This document shows positions 31,478 through 40,140 of a DNA stretch of 64,000 bases, piece by piece. The stretch lies in assembly GCA_021786385.1 (NCBI GenBank), contig JAJYNJ010000027.1, forward strand, positions 20,760 to 84,759, in the 5' to 3' direction. Position 1 is the first letter of the stretch, and every line of letters starts with the position of its first letter. A program made the position numbers and the translations under genes. The stretch is from Chloroflexota bacterium. Lineage in GTDB: Bacteria; Chloroflexota; Limnocylindria; Limnocylindrales; CSP1-4. A model generated the notes under the pieces. The model was not told the DNA's origin and made no database searches. It saw nothing but the letters and a program-made list of their open reading frames with translations.

Positions 31478-31858
31478 CTACGCGCTCGGTGCGCCCTCGT
31501 CGTCCGCGTCGCCGGGCGTGAGGTCGATTGCCCTGAGCGCGCCGCCAGCCTCCTCCACGAGGCGCTGGACGCGCAGCTCGGCGTCGTCGAGCAGCCGTGC
31601 ACAGTGCGCGTGGAGCGCCACGCCCCGCTCGTAGAGCGCGATGGACGTCTCGAGCGGCAGTCCGCCAGCCTCCAGGCGCGCGACGACCTCCGCAAGTTCC
31701 GCCAGCGCGGCATCGAAGGTCAACGTGCCGATCGATCCGTCCGGGGCTTCGGCGTCCGGACCGGCGGCAGGGCCCGCCGCGGTGGGGCCCGCGGCGCCGG
31801 ACGCCCAGGTCGACTCGGCTGCGGCGGCGTTGGAGGGCCGCCTCGTGCGGGGTTCCAT
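31478..31858 (-). CDS. xseB: exodeoxyribonuclease VII small subunit (with N-terminal extension)
   Basis: LTFDAALAELAEVVARLEAGGLPLETSIALYERGVALHAHCARLLDDAELRVQRL. Its ATG at 31856-31858 overlaps the xseA stop (TGATG). It forms the C-terminal part of a longer ORF in the track. Confidence 0.7.
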   Translation of the reverse strand: MEPRTRRPSNAAAAESTWASGAAGPTAAGPAAGPDAEAPDGSIGTLTFDAALAELAEVVARLEAGGLPLETSIALYERGVALHAHCARLLDDAELRVQRLVEEAGGALRAIDLTPGDADDEGAPSA

Positions 31859-33345
31859 CACGCCGAGTCTCGCACGTCCGTGACGACGGTGTCCACTGCA
31901 CCGCGCGCCAGGCGGATCTCGAGCGGGTCGCCGGTCGCCACGCCGGCCACGTCGGTCAGGACGCGCCCATCGGCACGGCGCACGATCGCATACCCGCGTT
32001 CCAGCGTCGCGTAAGGCGAGAGCGCCGCCAGCGCTGCCCCGGCAGAGACGAGGTCCGCCCGCGCGCGCGCCAGGCGGCCACGGACGAGGAGCGGCACCCG
32101 GTCCGCGGACCGCCCGAGCCGTGCTCGCTCGGCAGCCAGCTGGCCCTCGACCGCCCGACGGGCCCGGTCCAGCAGTTCTCCCGCGTGCTGGCGTTCCTCG
32201 CCCAGTACGGTGGCCGGGTGCAGGCGTGCCAGCGCGCGGTCTTCGGCGGACAGCGCGGCGCGCGACGTCCGGATGGCCCGTTCCACGGCTGCGGTGAGCC
32301 GGTCGCGCGAGGCGCGGAGCGCCGCGGCGACCTCCGTGCGTGACGGCACCACGAGCTCGGCCGCCGCCGATGGCGTCGGGGCGCGCACGTCTGCCGCGAA
32401 ATCGACGAGGGTCACGTCCGTCTCGTGACCCACACCGGTCACGACCGGGATCGGCGACGCGGCCACGGCGCGCACGACGCGCTCGTCGTTGAAGGCCCAA
32501 AGGTCCTCGAGCGAGCCACCGCCGCGGGCCAGGATCACGACATCGGGCGGCGTCCCGGTCAGCGGATCGCGCCAGCGCGCCAACCGCTCGAGCGCGGCCA
32601 CGATCGTCGAAGGCGCCGCATCGCCCTGCACCTGGCAGGGCGCGACCACGACCCGCACGAGCGGCCAGCGGCGACGCAGCACGTGCCGGATGTCGTGCAG
32701 GACGGCCCCAGAGGCGCTGGTCGCGACGCCGATCACGCGCGGTGCGACCGGCAGGGGGCGACGACGCGCAGGGTCGAAGAGCCCCTCGGCGGCGAGGCGC
32801 GCCTTGAGCGCCTCGAAGCGAAGCGCCAGATCCCCGAAGCCGGCCGGCTGCAGCGCGTCGACGTAGAGCTGGTAGGTGCCGCCGGCTTCGTAGACATCGA
32901 GGCGGCCGTGGGCAACGACGCGGAGCCCCGTTCGCGCTTCGAACGGGCTGGCCAGCCGCTGCGCGCGGAAGAAGACACACGAGAGCTGGGTGCGACCGTC
33001 GCGCAGCACGAAATACCCGTGGCCGGCGGCACTGACAGTGACCTGCCCCACCTCGCCCTCGACCCACAGGTCGTGGAACGCCTGCTCGCCGCGCAGCAGG
33101 TCACGTACGGCTTGGGTGATCTCGCCCACGCTCCAGATGCGCGATGTGGGCGAGCTGCGCAGCGCCTCGTCCGGGCGCCCTCCCTCAGCGCCAATCGGCG
33201 TCCGCTCGGGTCGCTCCGGGCGCGCGCCCACGGCGGGTCGGGTCGCAGCCGCCACCCCCCAGGGCGGCGGCTCGGGATCGGGCGGCCCCTCGGCTGGCTC
33301 CGCGTCACGCCGGAGCCAGCGCTCCCAAGGGCGTTCGACGGTCAT
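31858..33345 (-). CDS. xseA: exodeoxyribonuclease VII large subunit
   Basis: N-terminal OB fold (IWSVGEITQAVRDLL...VWVEGEV) followed by the catalytic domain and a C-terminal coiled coil. Confidence 0.85.
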   Translation of the reverse strand: MTVERPWERWLRRDAEPAEGPPDPEPPPWGVAAATRPAVGARPERPERTPIGAEGGRPDEALRSSPTSRIWSVGEITQAVRDLLRGEQAFHDLWVEGEVGQVTVSAAGHGYFVLRDGRTQLSCVFFRAQRLASPFEARTGLRVVAHGRLDVYEAGGTYQLYVDALQPAGFGDLALRFEALKARLAAEGLFDPARRRPLPVAPRVIGVATSASGAVLHDIRHVLRRRWPLVRVVVAPCQVQGDAAPSTIVAALERLARWRDPLTGTPPDVVILARGGGSLEDLWAFNDERVVRAVAASPIPVVTGVGHETDVTLVDFAADVRAPTPSAAAELVVPSRTEVAAALRASRDRLTAAVERAIRTSRAALSAEDRALARLHPATVLGEERQHAGELLDRARRAVEGQLAAERARLGRSADRVPLLVRGRLARARADLVSAGAALAALSPYATLERGYAIVRRADGRVLTDVAGVATGDPLEIRLARGAVDTVVTDVRDSA

Positions 33346-33391
33346 CGCGTCGGCCGGCTCGACCGCGGCAGCCGTCGGGCGGACGGATCGA

Positions 33392-33949
33392 TCAAACGCG
33401 CGTCAAGTACTCACCGGTCCGCGTATCGATGCGGATCGTGTCGCCTTCGTTGACGAAGAGCGGGACCTGCACCGTGAGCCCGGTCGCCGTCGTCGCCGGC
33501 TTGCGCGCCCCGGTCGCGGTGTCGCCCGCGAAGCCCGGCTCGGTCTCGGCCACCACCATATCGACCGTGATCGGCAGCTCCACGCCGATCGTCTCGCCCT
33601 CGTAGCTCGTGCGGTCGAGCAGCATGCCGTCCTGGAGGTACGGCACCGCGTCGCCGAGCTGCTCGGCCGTCAAGGTGAACTGCTCGAACGTGTCGGTCTC
33701 CATGAAGTGGAACTCGTCGCCGTCGCGGTACAGGAACTGGACCTGGCGGCGATCCAGCTGCGCCCGTGGCCACTTCTCGCCGGCCTGGAACGAGCGCTCG
33801 ATCGTCTGGCCGCGCTTTACGTTGCGCAGCTTGATGCGGACCTGCGCGGAACCGCGGCCCATCTTGATGTGGTGATAGTCGAGGATCTGCCAGAGCTCAC
33901 CGTCGAGCTCGATGACGATCCCCTTGCGCAGGTCGCCGGTCGAGACCAT
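33392..33949 (-). CDS. efp: elongation factor P
   Basis: Start refined to MVSTGDLRKGIVIELDGELWQILDYHHIKMGRGSAQVRIKLRNVKRG, a KOW-like domain with the conserved Lys/Arg loop. Confidence 0.85.
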   Translation of the reverse strand: MVSTGDLRKGIVIELDGELWQILDYHHIKMGRGSAQVRIKLRNVKRGQTIERSFQAGEKWPRAQLDRRQVQFLYRDGDEFHFMETDTFEQFTLTAEQLGDAVPYLQDGMLLDRTSYEGETIGVELPITVDMVVAETEPGFAGDTATGARKPATTATGLTVQVPLFVNEGDTIRIDTRTGEYLTRV

Positions 33950-34099
33950 GGTTGGAGTGACTCCTGTCGGTGGGCGGCCGCCGGCGGCGGCACGCGACAT
34001 CTCGGTGCGTGCAGCGATTGTACCCGGGTCACCCCCGGCGCCGATTGCGCATGACGAGCGCGGTGGCCCCCTGCGGTGACCGCGCGGCCGATGGGCGTC

Positions 34100-35329
34100 C
34101 TACGCGCCGACCACCGTCACTTCTCGCGGGAACCCGGTGAGGCGCTCGACGCGCCCGACTTCGGGATCGAACGTCACCAGGTCCTCGATGCGCACCCCGC
34201 ACTGGCCCGGCAGATAGACCCCGGGTTCGATCGAGAAGACGGTTGGCCAGGGCAGCGGCGCCGGGCTGACCCGGCGGCTGAGCGATGGCAGCTCATGGGT
34301 CGCCAGCCCGATCCCATGACCCAGGCCGTGCCCGAAGTGCGCGCCGTGCCCGGCGCTCGCGATGACGGCCCGTGCGGCGGCGTCGACCCCCACGCCCGTC
34401 GGGGACTCGTGGTCGGCCGCGCTCCGCAGCAGCATCTCGAACGCCGCGTCCTGGGCGCGCACCACCAGCCGGTAGAGGTCCAGGTCGCGCCTCGTCGGCG
34501 CGCCGACGAAGAGGGTGCGCGTCATGTCGCTGCGGTAGCCTGCCACCTGCGCCCCGAAATCGAAGAGCAGCAGTTCGCCGGCCGCGACACACCGCTCGCC
34601 CGGCGAACCGTGCGGCAGCGCCGCACGCGGTCCGGAGAGGCACGTCACGTCGAACGCGAGCGCCTCCGCGCCGTGGGTCCGCATCTCCCATTCGAGCTGC
34701 AGCGCAAGCGTGCGTTCCGACACGCCCGGGCGGATCGCTGGCAGCAGACGCTCCAGCGCCGCGTCCGCGACGGCGCAGGCAGCCCCCACGCGCTCGAGTT
34801 CAGCCGGCTCCTTGACGGCCCGCAGCGCCTCGACCCAGCCCTCCGCCGCAACCAGCTCGACCTCGGGGACGGCCGCCTGCAGCCGGGTCCAGAGCGCCTG
34901 GCTCACCAGGTTCGCCTCGACCGCCACCCTGCGTACGGCACCGTCCCGGCCGCGCAGGCTCTCGAGCAGGCCGCGCCAGCGCTCGGGCAGATCGTAGTAG
35001 GACTCCTCGATGCGGGCCGCGGGGCACTCCTCGATCGCCTGTTCCCGGTAGCGGCTATCGGCAAGCACCACGACCTCCGCTGCGGAGACCAGGAAGCGTC
35101 CCGCATCGCCCGCCACCTTCTCTTCGCCCTCGGCCAGCGAGAAGCCCGTCAGGTAGCGTGTGTTCTCGCGGCTCACGCCGAAGTACGCGTCGACCGCCTC
35201 CTGGGCCAGCCGCTCTCGGAGGCGCGCCAGCCGGGCCGGACGGGCCGCATCGTCGGCCGCCCGCCAGCGCGCGAGGTCGGCCGCGGTGGGGGCCGCGGTG
35301 GGGCGGGGGGCGAGCGGCACGCTCGTCAT
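34100..35329 (-). CDS. pepP: Xaa-Pro aminopeptidase (M24B)
   Basis: Start refined to the ATG at 35327-35329 (MTSVPLAP...). Metal ligands lie in DFGAQVAGYRSDMTRT, HGLGHGIGLATHE and SIEPGVY. The longer ORF in the track is an N-terminal over-extension. Confidence 0.8.
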   Translation of the reverse strand: MTSVPLAPRPTAAPTAADLARWRAADDAARPARLARLRERLAQEAVDAYFGVSRENTRYLTGFSLAEGEEKVAGDAGRFLVSAAEVVVLADSRYREQAIEECPAARIEESYYDLPERWRGLLESLRGRDGAVRRVAVEANLVSQALWTRLQAAVPEVELVAAEGWVEALRAVKEPAELERVGAACAVADAALERLLPAIRPGVSERTLALQLEWEMRTHGAEALAFDVTCLSGPRAALPHGSPGERCVAAGELLLFDFGAQVAGYRSDMTRTLFVGAPTRRDLDLYRLVVRAQDAAFEMLLRSAADHESPTGVGVDAAARAVIASAGHGAHFGHGLGHGIGLATHELPSLSRRVSPAPLPWPTVFSIEPGVYLPGQCGVRIEDLVTFDPEVGRVERLTGFPREVTVVGA

Positions 35330-36597
35330 TGGATGTAGCCGTAGCGACGCATGTTGGCGAGCTGTTCCGCGTAGGTCCTGGCGAACGCGTGCGTGTGGCT
35401 GCCGTCGTTCTTGGCCAGGAAGTAGAGATATCCGGTCGCCGTATCGGGGTGCAGCGCGGCCTGGATGTCGGCCAGGGTCGGCGTACAGATCGGCCCAGGG
35501 ATCATACCGGCGTGCACATAGGTCTGGAACCCCTGCAGGTCCGACGGCAGCTTGACCTTGCCCGGGTTCGGCAGGGCGTTCCAGAAGACGTACTTCGACC
35601 AGCGCGCGAACGGCATCTTTCGGAGTTGGACGGTGTCCCAGCCGTAGATCACGGTCGGGTCCGCCTCGAGCAGCATCCGCTTCGCGAGCCGGTTCGCATA
35701 GACACCGGCGATCAGCGGGCGTTCGGAGTCGACCCGCGCCTCCTGCTCCACCAGGCTGGCCAGGCTCAGCACCTGGTAGAAATTGCGGCCCTCCTGCTCT
35801 GCAGCCCGCACCGGTCCCATGCCGATCGCGTTCTGCCACTGGTCCAGCAGGTCGCGCAGCAGCTGCTCCGGCGTGACGTCCTGGTACACGTCGAAGGTCC
35901 CGGCACCCAGGAAGCCCTCGAGGGAACGCCCGGCCGGGAGGGTGGAGAGGAAGGGATACGCAGACAGGATCGACGCCGGCGGGTGCATCGCGAGCTCGTA
36001 GAAGGCGTGCACATCCATCTTGAGCGGCAGCGTCTCCAGGTATGCCGTGATCTGTTCGATCCGAAGCCCCTCCCGCAGCTGGACCGTGACGGTCTGCACC
36101 GGCGCCTGCTGCAGGCGGGCCAGGATCGCGCGCGGCGTCATCGTGGCGCTCAGCTCGTACGTGCCCGCCTCGATCTTCCCCGACAGGCCTTCGGTGATCA
36201 CGAGGTAGGTCACCGCGAACTGGTCCTTCACCAGACCGGCGCGCTGCAGGTCGCGCGCCACGTCAGCGGCAGAGGCTCCCAGCGGCACCGTGAAGTGCAC
36301 GACGGTAGGGTCCGTTCCAGCGGGGGCGTCGAGATCGTGCCCGAGCTGGTTCCGCACGACGTCGGCGACGGGGCCCAGGTGCAACAACGAGGGGTTGCTG
36401 CGGGCTAGGTCGAACACCAGATGGTCGACGGTTGGTCCGAGCACGAGCGAGGTGAGCCCCCATAGGAGCGCGGCCGCCACCGCGAGCACGGCCACGCCCC
36501 CCGCGAGACGACCCCACCGGGGCCCTGGGCGGGATGGCTCTGGGCGCGGCGCATAGCGACCGCTCCGCACGCCGTTGGCCGGCCGTTCGGTGGTCAT
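35326..36597 (-). CDS. mltG: endolytic murein transglycosylase MltG (YceG-like)
   Basis: An N-terminal TM segment is followed by the YceG domain, with the catalytic Glu context in LVEQEARVDSERPLIAGVYANRL. Confidence 0.8.
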   Translation of the reverse strand: MTTERPANGVRSGRYAPRPEPSRPGPRWGRLAGGVAVLAVAAALLWGLTSLVLGPTVDHLVFDLARSNPSLLHLGPVADVVRNQLGHDLDAPAGTDPTVVHFTVPLGASAADVARDLQRAGLVKDQFAVTYLVITEGLSGKIEAGTYELSATMTPRAILARLQQAPVQTVTVQLREGLRIEQITAYLETLPLKMDVHAFYELAMHPPASILSAYPFLSTLPAGRSLEGFLGAGTFDVYQDVTPEQLLRDLLDQWQNAIGMGPVRAAEQEGRNFYQVLSLASLVEQEARVDSERPLIAGVYANRLAKRMLLEADPTVIYGWDTVQLRKMPFARWSKYVFWNALPNPGKVKLPSDLQGFQTYVHAGMIPGPICTPTLADIQAALHPDTATGYLYFLAKNDGSHTHAFARTYAEQLANMRRYGYIQ

Positions 36598-37211
36598 GCT
36601 CGCACCGCCGGTCGCGGACGCTCGGGCGCGACGTCGCCCCCTTGCCCGGGGCCGGCCGCCGCCGTATCGGTCGCGGCCATCCGGGATGCGGCGCGCGCGT
36701 CGAGTTCCGCCTGCAGGATACGTGCCGCCGCGTCGCGGTCGACGCGGACGCGCCGCGCGAGGATGGCGGCTCGCGTCGGCCGGCCGGTCGCGCGGTCCCG
36801 GCGCAGCCGCGGTTGGGTCGCCTCCGACGCTTCGGTGCTCAGTCGCTCGTCGCGCCAGACGATCGACAACCCCGTGCGCGTCGCGACCGCCGCCGCCCAG
36901 TCGCGCGTCCGGCGCGCCTGTTCCCCCTCGCGGCCGTCCATGTCGAACGGCAGGCCCACGACGATCTGATCGGCGCGCTGCTCGGCGGCCAGGCGCGCCA
37001 CGCGGGCGGCGTCCTCCTCCGGGGAGCGGCGCCGGAAGGTTGCGAGGGGTCGCACGGACCCGCGCGCCTCGTCCGCAACCGCCACGCCGACCCGTCGCTC
37101 CCCCACGTCCAAACCGAGCAGCCGACTCACGTCCTGGCCCGTTTGGGGGGCGCGACCGTCAACGAGACCCGTGCGTCGAGGGTCGGGATCGTGGTGACGA
37201 ACGATGGCCAC
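36594..37211 (-). CDS. ruvX: YqgF/RuvX-like putative Holliday junction resolvase / pre-16S rRNA nuclease
   Basis: LGLDVGERRVGVAVADE ... IVVGLPFDMDG. The true start is probably the GTG near 37130. Overlaps the mltG start. Confidence 0.75.
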   Translation of the reverse strand: MAIVRHHDPDPRRTGLVDGRAPQTGQDVSRLLGLDVGERRVGVAVADEARGSVRPLATFRRRSPEEDAARVARLAAEQRADQIVVGLPFDMDGREGEQARRTRDWAAAVATRTGLSIVWRDERLSTEASEATQPRLRRDRATGRPTRAAILARRVRVDRDAAARILQAELDARAASRMAATDTAAAGPGQGGDVAPERPRPAVRA

Positions 37212-38857
37212 GTCGTGATGGAGACCTCGCCGTACTGCTGCAGGATCGCACGGGCGTCGGCCACGCTCCGTCCCCTGACCTGCGCCAGCAGCGCCGCGGC
37301 GTCGAGCGGGTGCCAGCGCTCGGCCTGCGCCGTGACGGTGAACGTCACGTGGCCGCCCTGCACGCTGGCATTGCTCACCGTGGTGCGGATCGAGTCCGTG
37401 AAGAGCGACCAGCCGGCGGGAAGATGCTGCTGCAGGTAGGCCGCGGCCAGGCCGGCCAGCGGCTGCTGTGAGACCGCGAGGACTGTCGCGGTCGCGGTCG
37501 CGGTCAGCTGGAACGAGCTCGTCGCGGTGCCGACGAGGGCGGCGGCGGCGGGCGCAGGGGCGACCGCCCCGCGGGCGGCTGTGGCGGCAATGAGCGTACT
37601 GCCGGCGGGCGCTGCCGCGGGATTGGTCACCGCGCTGCCGAGCTGCGCATCGATGCGGGTGGTGAGCTGTTTCACCGCGGCATCGTAGTCCTGCTGGCTC
37701 ACGATCTTCGTCACGGTGCGTGTGCCGCCGCTCGTCGCGGCTGGGTTGTCCACCGAGACCTGGAACGCCTGCAGCCGGGTCGGCACCACACCGATGGCGT
37801 GGGCGGGCACGTTGCCGGCCGGGCCTGGCGCCACGGCCGTCACCGGCGTGCTCGCCCGCCCCGGCGTGATGGTCGTCCCGCTCACGGTGGCGCGCGGGGT
37901 GATCACGGTGCTCGAAGTGAGAAACTGGACCCCCCCGCTCGTCCCAACGGTCGTGCCGGCCGGGATCGTGACCGGGTCGATCGTGTCGTTGCTCGTGAAG
38001 ACGACCGTGCCCGTGGCTGGCGTCAGGTTCACCTTCTGGCCGGTCGCCGGGAACGTGCCCTGCACGCTTAGGGGCACGGAGACCTGCTGCGCCGGGATCA
38101 CCAGCTTCGCCGCATCGATGGTGCTCGCGTTCGGATCGGCGGTCACCTGGAGCGAGATCGGCCCCTCCGTCACCCCGACGGGCGTCACCACGATCTGCGC
38201 GCTCGGCACCACGAGGTACGCGCCCGCACCTCCCGCGGCGAGCAGCACGACCACCAGCGCCACGACCGCCACGCGCCAGGGCCGGCGCCCGGACGGCGCC
38301 TCGCGGACGCGCCCGGCCACCGGCAGCGCGCCCGCCGAACGGGGCCCGGTCTGCCCCGCCGCGGCAGCCCCGATCGTCGGCGGTTCCGGCCGATCCACCG
38401 CCGCGCCATCCCGTCCCGGCTCGGCACGCGGTGCGGAGCCGCTGGCGTCCGGCTTCCGCTGCGCACCGATCTCGCCGGCCTTGGCCGCCGATGCGCTGGC
38501 GACGACCTCGCCGGCCACGGACCGGCTCGCCGCCGACCCGCCGCCCGGCGGGCCGGGCCGTTCGCGAGCTTGCCGGGCCTGTTCGTCGGCGAGGGCCTCC
38601 TCGTAGGCCATCACGGTCGCATAGGCGGGCACACCGGCGGCGATCGAGATCGCCCGCACGGCGGTCTCAGGCGACACGATCGCCAGGCGGCGCTCGCGGG
38701 CCGCGGCCTCGCGCGCCAGGAGCCGGAAATTGATCCGGCTCGTCGCGACGCGGGACCCCGCCGGCAGCACTAGCGCCACGTGCGGCTCGCCGGCCGTCCG
38801 CAGTCGGGCCACCGCGGTGGTCACCTCGTCGTCGACGTCCAGGTAGTGGATCGTCAT
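37127..38857 (-). CDS. hypothetical bitopic membrane protein (approx. 95-aa cytoplasmic N-domain, low-complexity linker, one TM helix, large Thr/Val/Pro-rich beta-type ectodomain)
   Basis: 576-aa ORF. A single hydrophobic helix (WRVAVVALVVVLLAAGGAGAYLVV) is followed by about 360 aa rich in T/V/P/G. No family was recognised. Confidence 0.5.
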   Translation of the reverse strand: MTIHYLDVDDEVTTAVARLRTAGEPHVALVLPAGSRVATSRINFRLLAREAAARERRLAIVSPETAVRAISIAAGVPAYATVMAYEEALADEQARQARERPGPPGGGSAASRSVAGEVVASASAAKAGEIGAQRKPDASGSAPRAEPGRDGAAVDRPEPPTIGAAAAGQTGPRSAGALPVAGRVREAPSGRRPWRVAVVALVVVLLAAGGAGAYLVVPSAQIVVTPVGVTEGPISLQVTADPNASTIDAAKLVIPAQQVSVPLSVQGTFPATGQKVNLTPATGTVVFTSNDTIDPVTIPAGTTVGTSGGVQFLTSSTVITPRATVSGTTITPGRASTPVTAVAPGPAGNVPAHAIGVVPTRLQAFQVSVDNPAATSGGTRTVTKIVSQQDYDAAVKQLTTRIDAQLGSAVTNPAAAPAGSTLIAATAARGAVAPAPAAAALVGTATSSFQLTATATATVLAVSQQPLAGLAAAYLQQHLPAGWSLFTDSIRTTVSNASVQGGHVTFTVTAQAERWHPLDAAALLAQVRGRSVADARAILQQYGEVSITTWPSFVTTIPTLDARVSLTVAPPKRART

Positions 38858-38872
38858 CGGTGCCAGTCTGCC

Positions 38873-40135
38873 TCAGACCTTCATGGCGCGCAGCACGCGG
38901 CGCAGCGCGGCGTCCAGGACGGACTCCTCGGCGGCCATCTCGACCGCCTGGTAGGCAAGGCCCATCGGCGTGACGTCCTGCTGGTCGACGAGGAGACCGG
39001 TCTCGTCGCGCACGCCGCGCACCTCGGCCGGCGACGCGACGGTCACCTCGGGGGGGCGCGCGAACGGCAGCCGCCGGGCGAACGCCGGGTCGCGCAGCGC
39101 GCCCTGCACCTCCGGTAGGCCCGCGCCCCCGCCGCAGAGGTAGATGCGTCCGGGCAGCAGGTCGCCCGCCGAGAGCTCTTCGAGGACGAGCTCCACGCCG
39201 GCCGACCAGACGGCGACATCCTCGGCGACGACCGCCCCCAGCCGTTCCTGATCGGGTACCTCGAGACCTCGCGCGTAGTCGATCTTGAGGGTCTCGGCGC
39301 GCTGGAACGGCAACCCGAGTTGGTCGGCCAGGCTCTTGGTGAACGCCCGTCCACCGAGCGCGAACATGCGCGTGCCCTCGATGCCCCCCGCGCGGACGAG
39401 CGCCACATCGGTGGTGCCACCCCCCACGTCCACGAAGAGACCGCCGGCCTGCTGCACCTGCTCCCCGCCGAGACAGCGCGCCACCGCGAACGGTTCGGCG
39501 ACCACGGCGAGCAGCTCGAGATCGAGCTGCGCGGCGACGCTCTGCAGCGCGCCCAGGTGGACGAGCGGCGCGAACGCGTTGAAGATCGCGATCCGCACGT
39601 GGCGGCCCTGGAACCCGACCGGGTTCGTGACCGGGTAGCCGTCGATCGCCGCCCCGGTCACCGCCGCGTGCACCAGACGGACGTCCACGTTGGGCAGCCC
39701 CGTCTCCCAGGTGACCGCCCGCTCGGCCTCGCGCAGCGCCTCGCGTTGGACCCCGTCGATCAGGCGCTGCAGCTCGGCTTCCGTGATCGGTTGGTCGGGT
39801 CGCTTGCGTTCCTGCGAGAGCGTCGTGGTGAAGCCCTTCACCAGCTCGCCGGCGATCCCGACCACGGCCTGGCTGGGCCGGAAGCCGGCCATCTCCTCCG
39901 CTTCCTGCAGCGCGACCGCGCAGTTGTCCACCACCGCCGCGATGTCCGCCACCGTCCCCGACTGCATGTGGGCGAGCCCCTGCCGCTGACGGCCGACACC
40001 CCGTACGAGCGCGTGGCCCGCATCGTCGATCTCGAAGACCAGCGCCTTGGCGAACTCGGTGCCGACGTCGAGGGCGGTACAGGCGGCCGGAGCCGCCTCC
40101 CCGTCGCGCCCCAGCAGCCGACGCCAGAACGACAT
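38873..40135 (-). CDS. FtsA-like actin-family (ASKHA) ATPase with C-terminal amphipathic helix
   Basis: LDVGTEFAKALVFEIDDAG, KG-like SGTVADIAAV, VVGIAGELVKG and DVGGGTTDVALV phosphate-binding loops. The C-terminus MGLAYQAVEMAAEESVLDAALRRVLRAMKV resembles a membrane-targeting helix. The gene is not in a dcw cluster. Confidence 0.65.
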   Translation of the reverse strand: MSFWRRLLGRDGEAAPAACTALDVGTEFAKALVFEIDDAGHALVRGVGRQRQGLAHMQSGTVADIAAVVDNCAVALQEAEEMAGFRPSQAVVGIAGELVKGFTTTLSQERKRPDQPITEAELQRLIDGVQREALREAERAVTWETGLPNVDVRLVHAAVTGAAIDGYPVTNPVGFQGRHVRIAIFNAFAPLVHLGALQSVAAQLDLELLAVVAEPFAVARCLGGEQVQQAGGLFVDVGGGTTDVALVRAGGIEGTRMFALGGRAFTKSLADQLGLPFQRAETLKIDYARGLEVPDQERLGAVVAEDVAVWSAGVELVLEELSAGDLLPGRIYLCGGGAGLPEVQGALRDPAFARRLPFARPPEVTVASPAEVRGVRDETGLLVDQQDVTPMGLAYQAVEMAAEESVLDAALRRVLRAMKV

Positions 40136-40140
40136 GCCGT

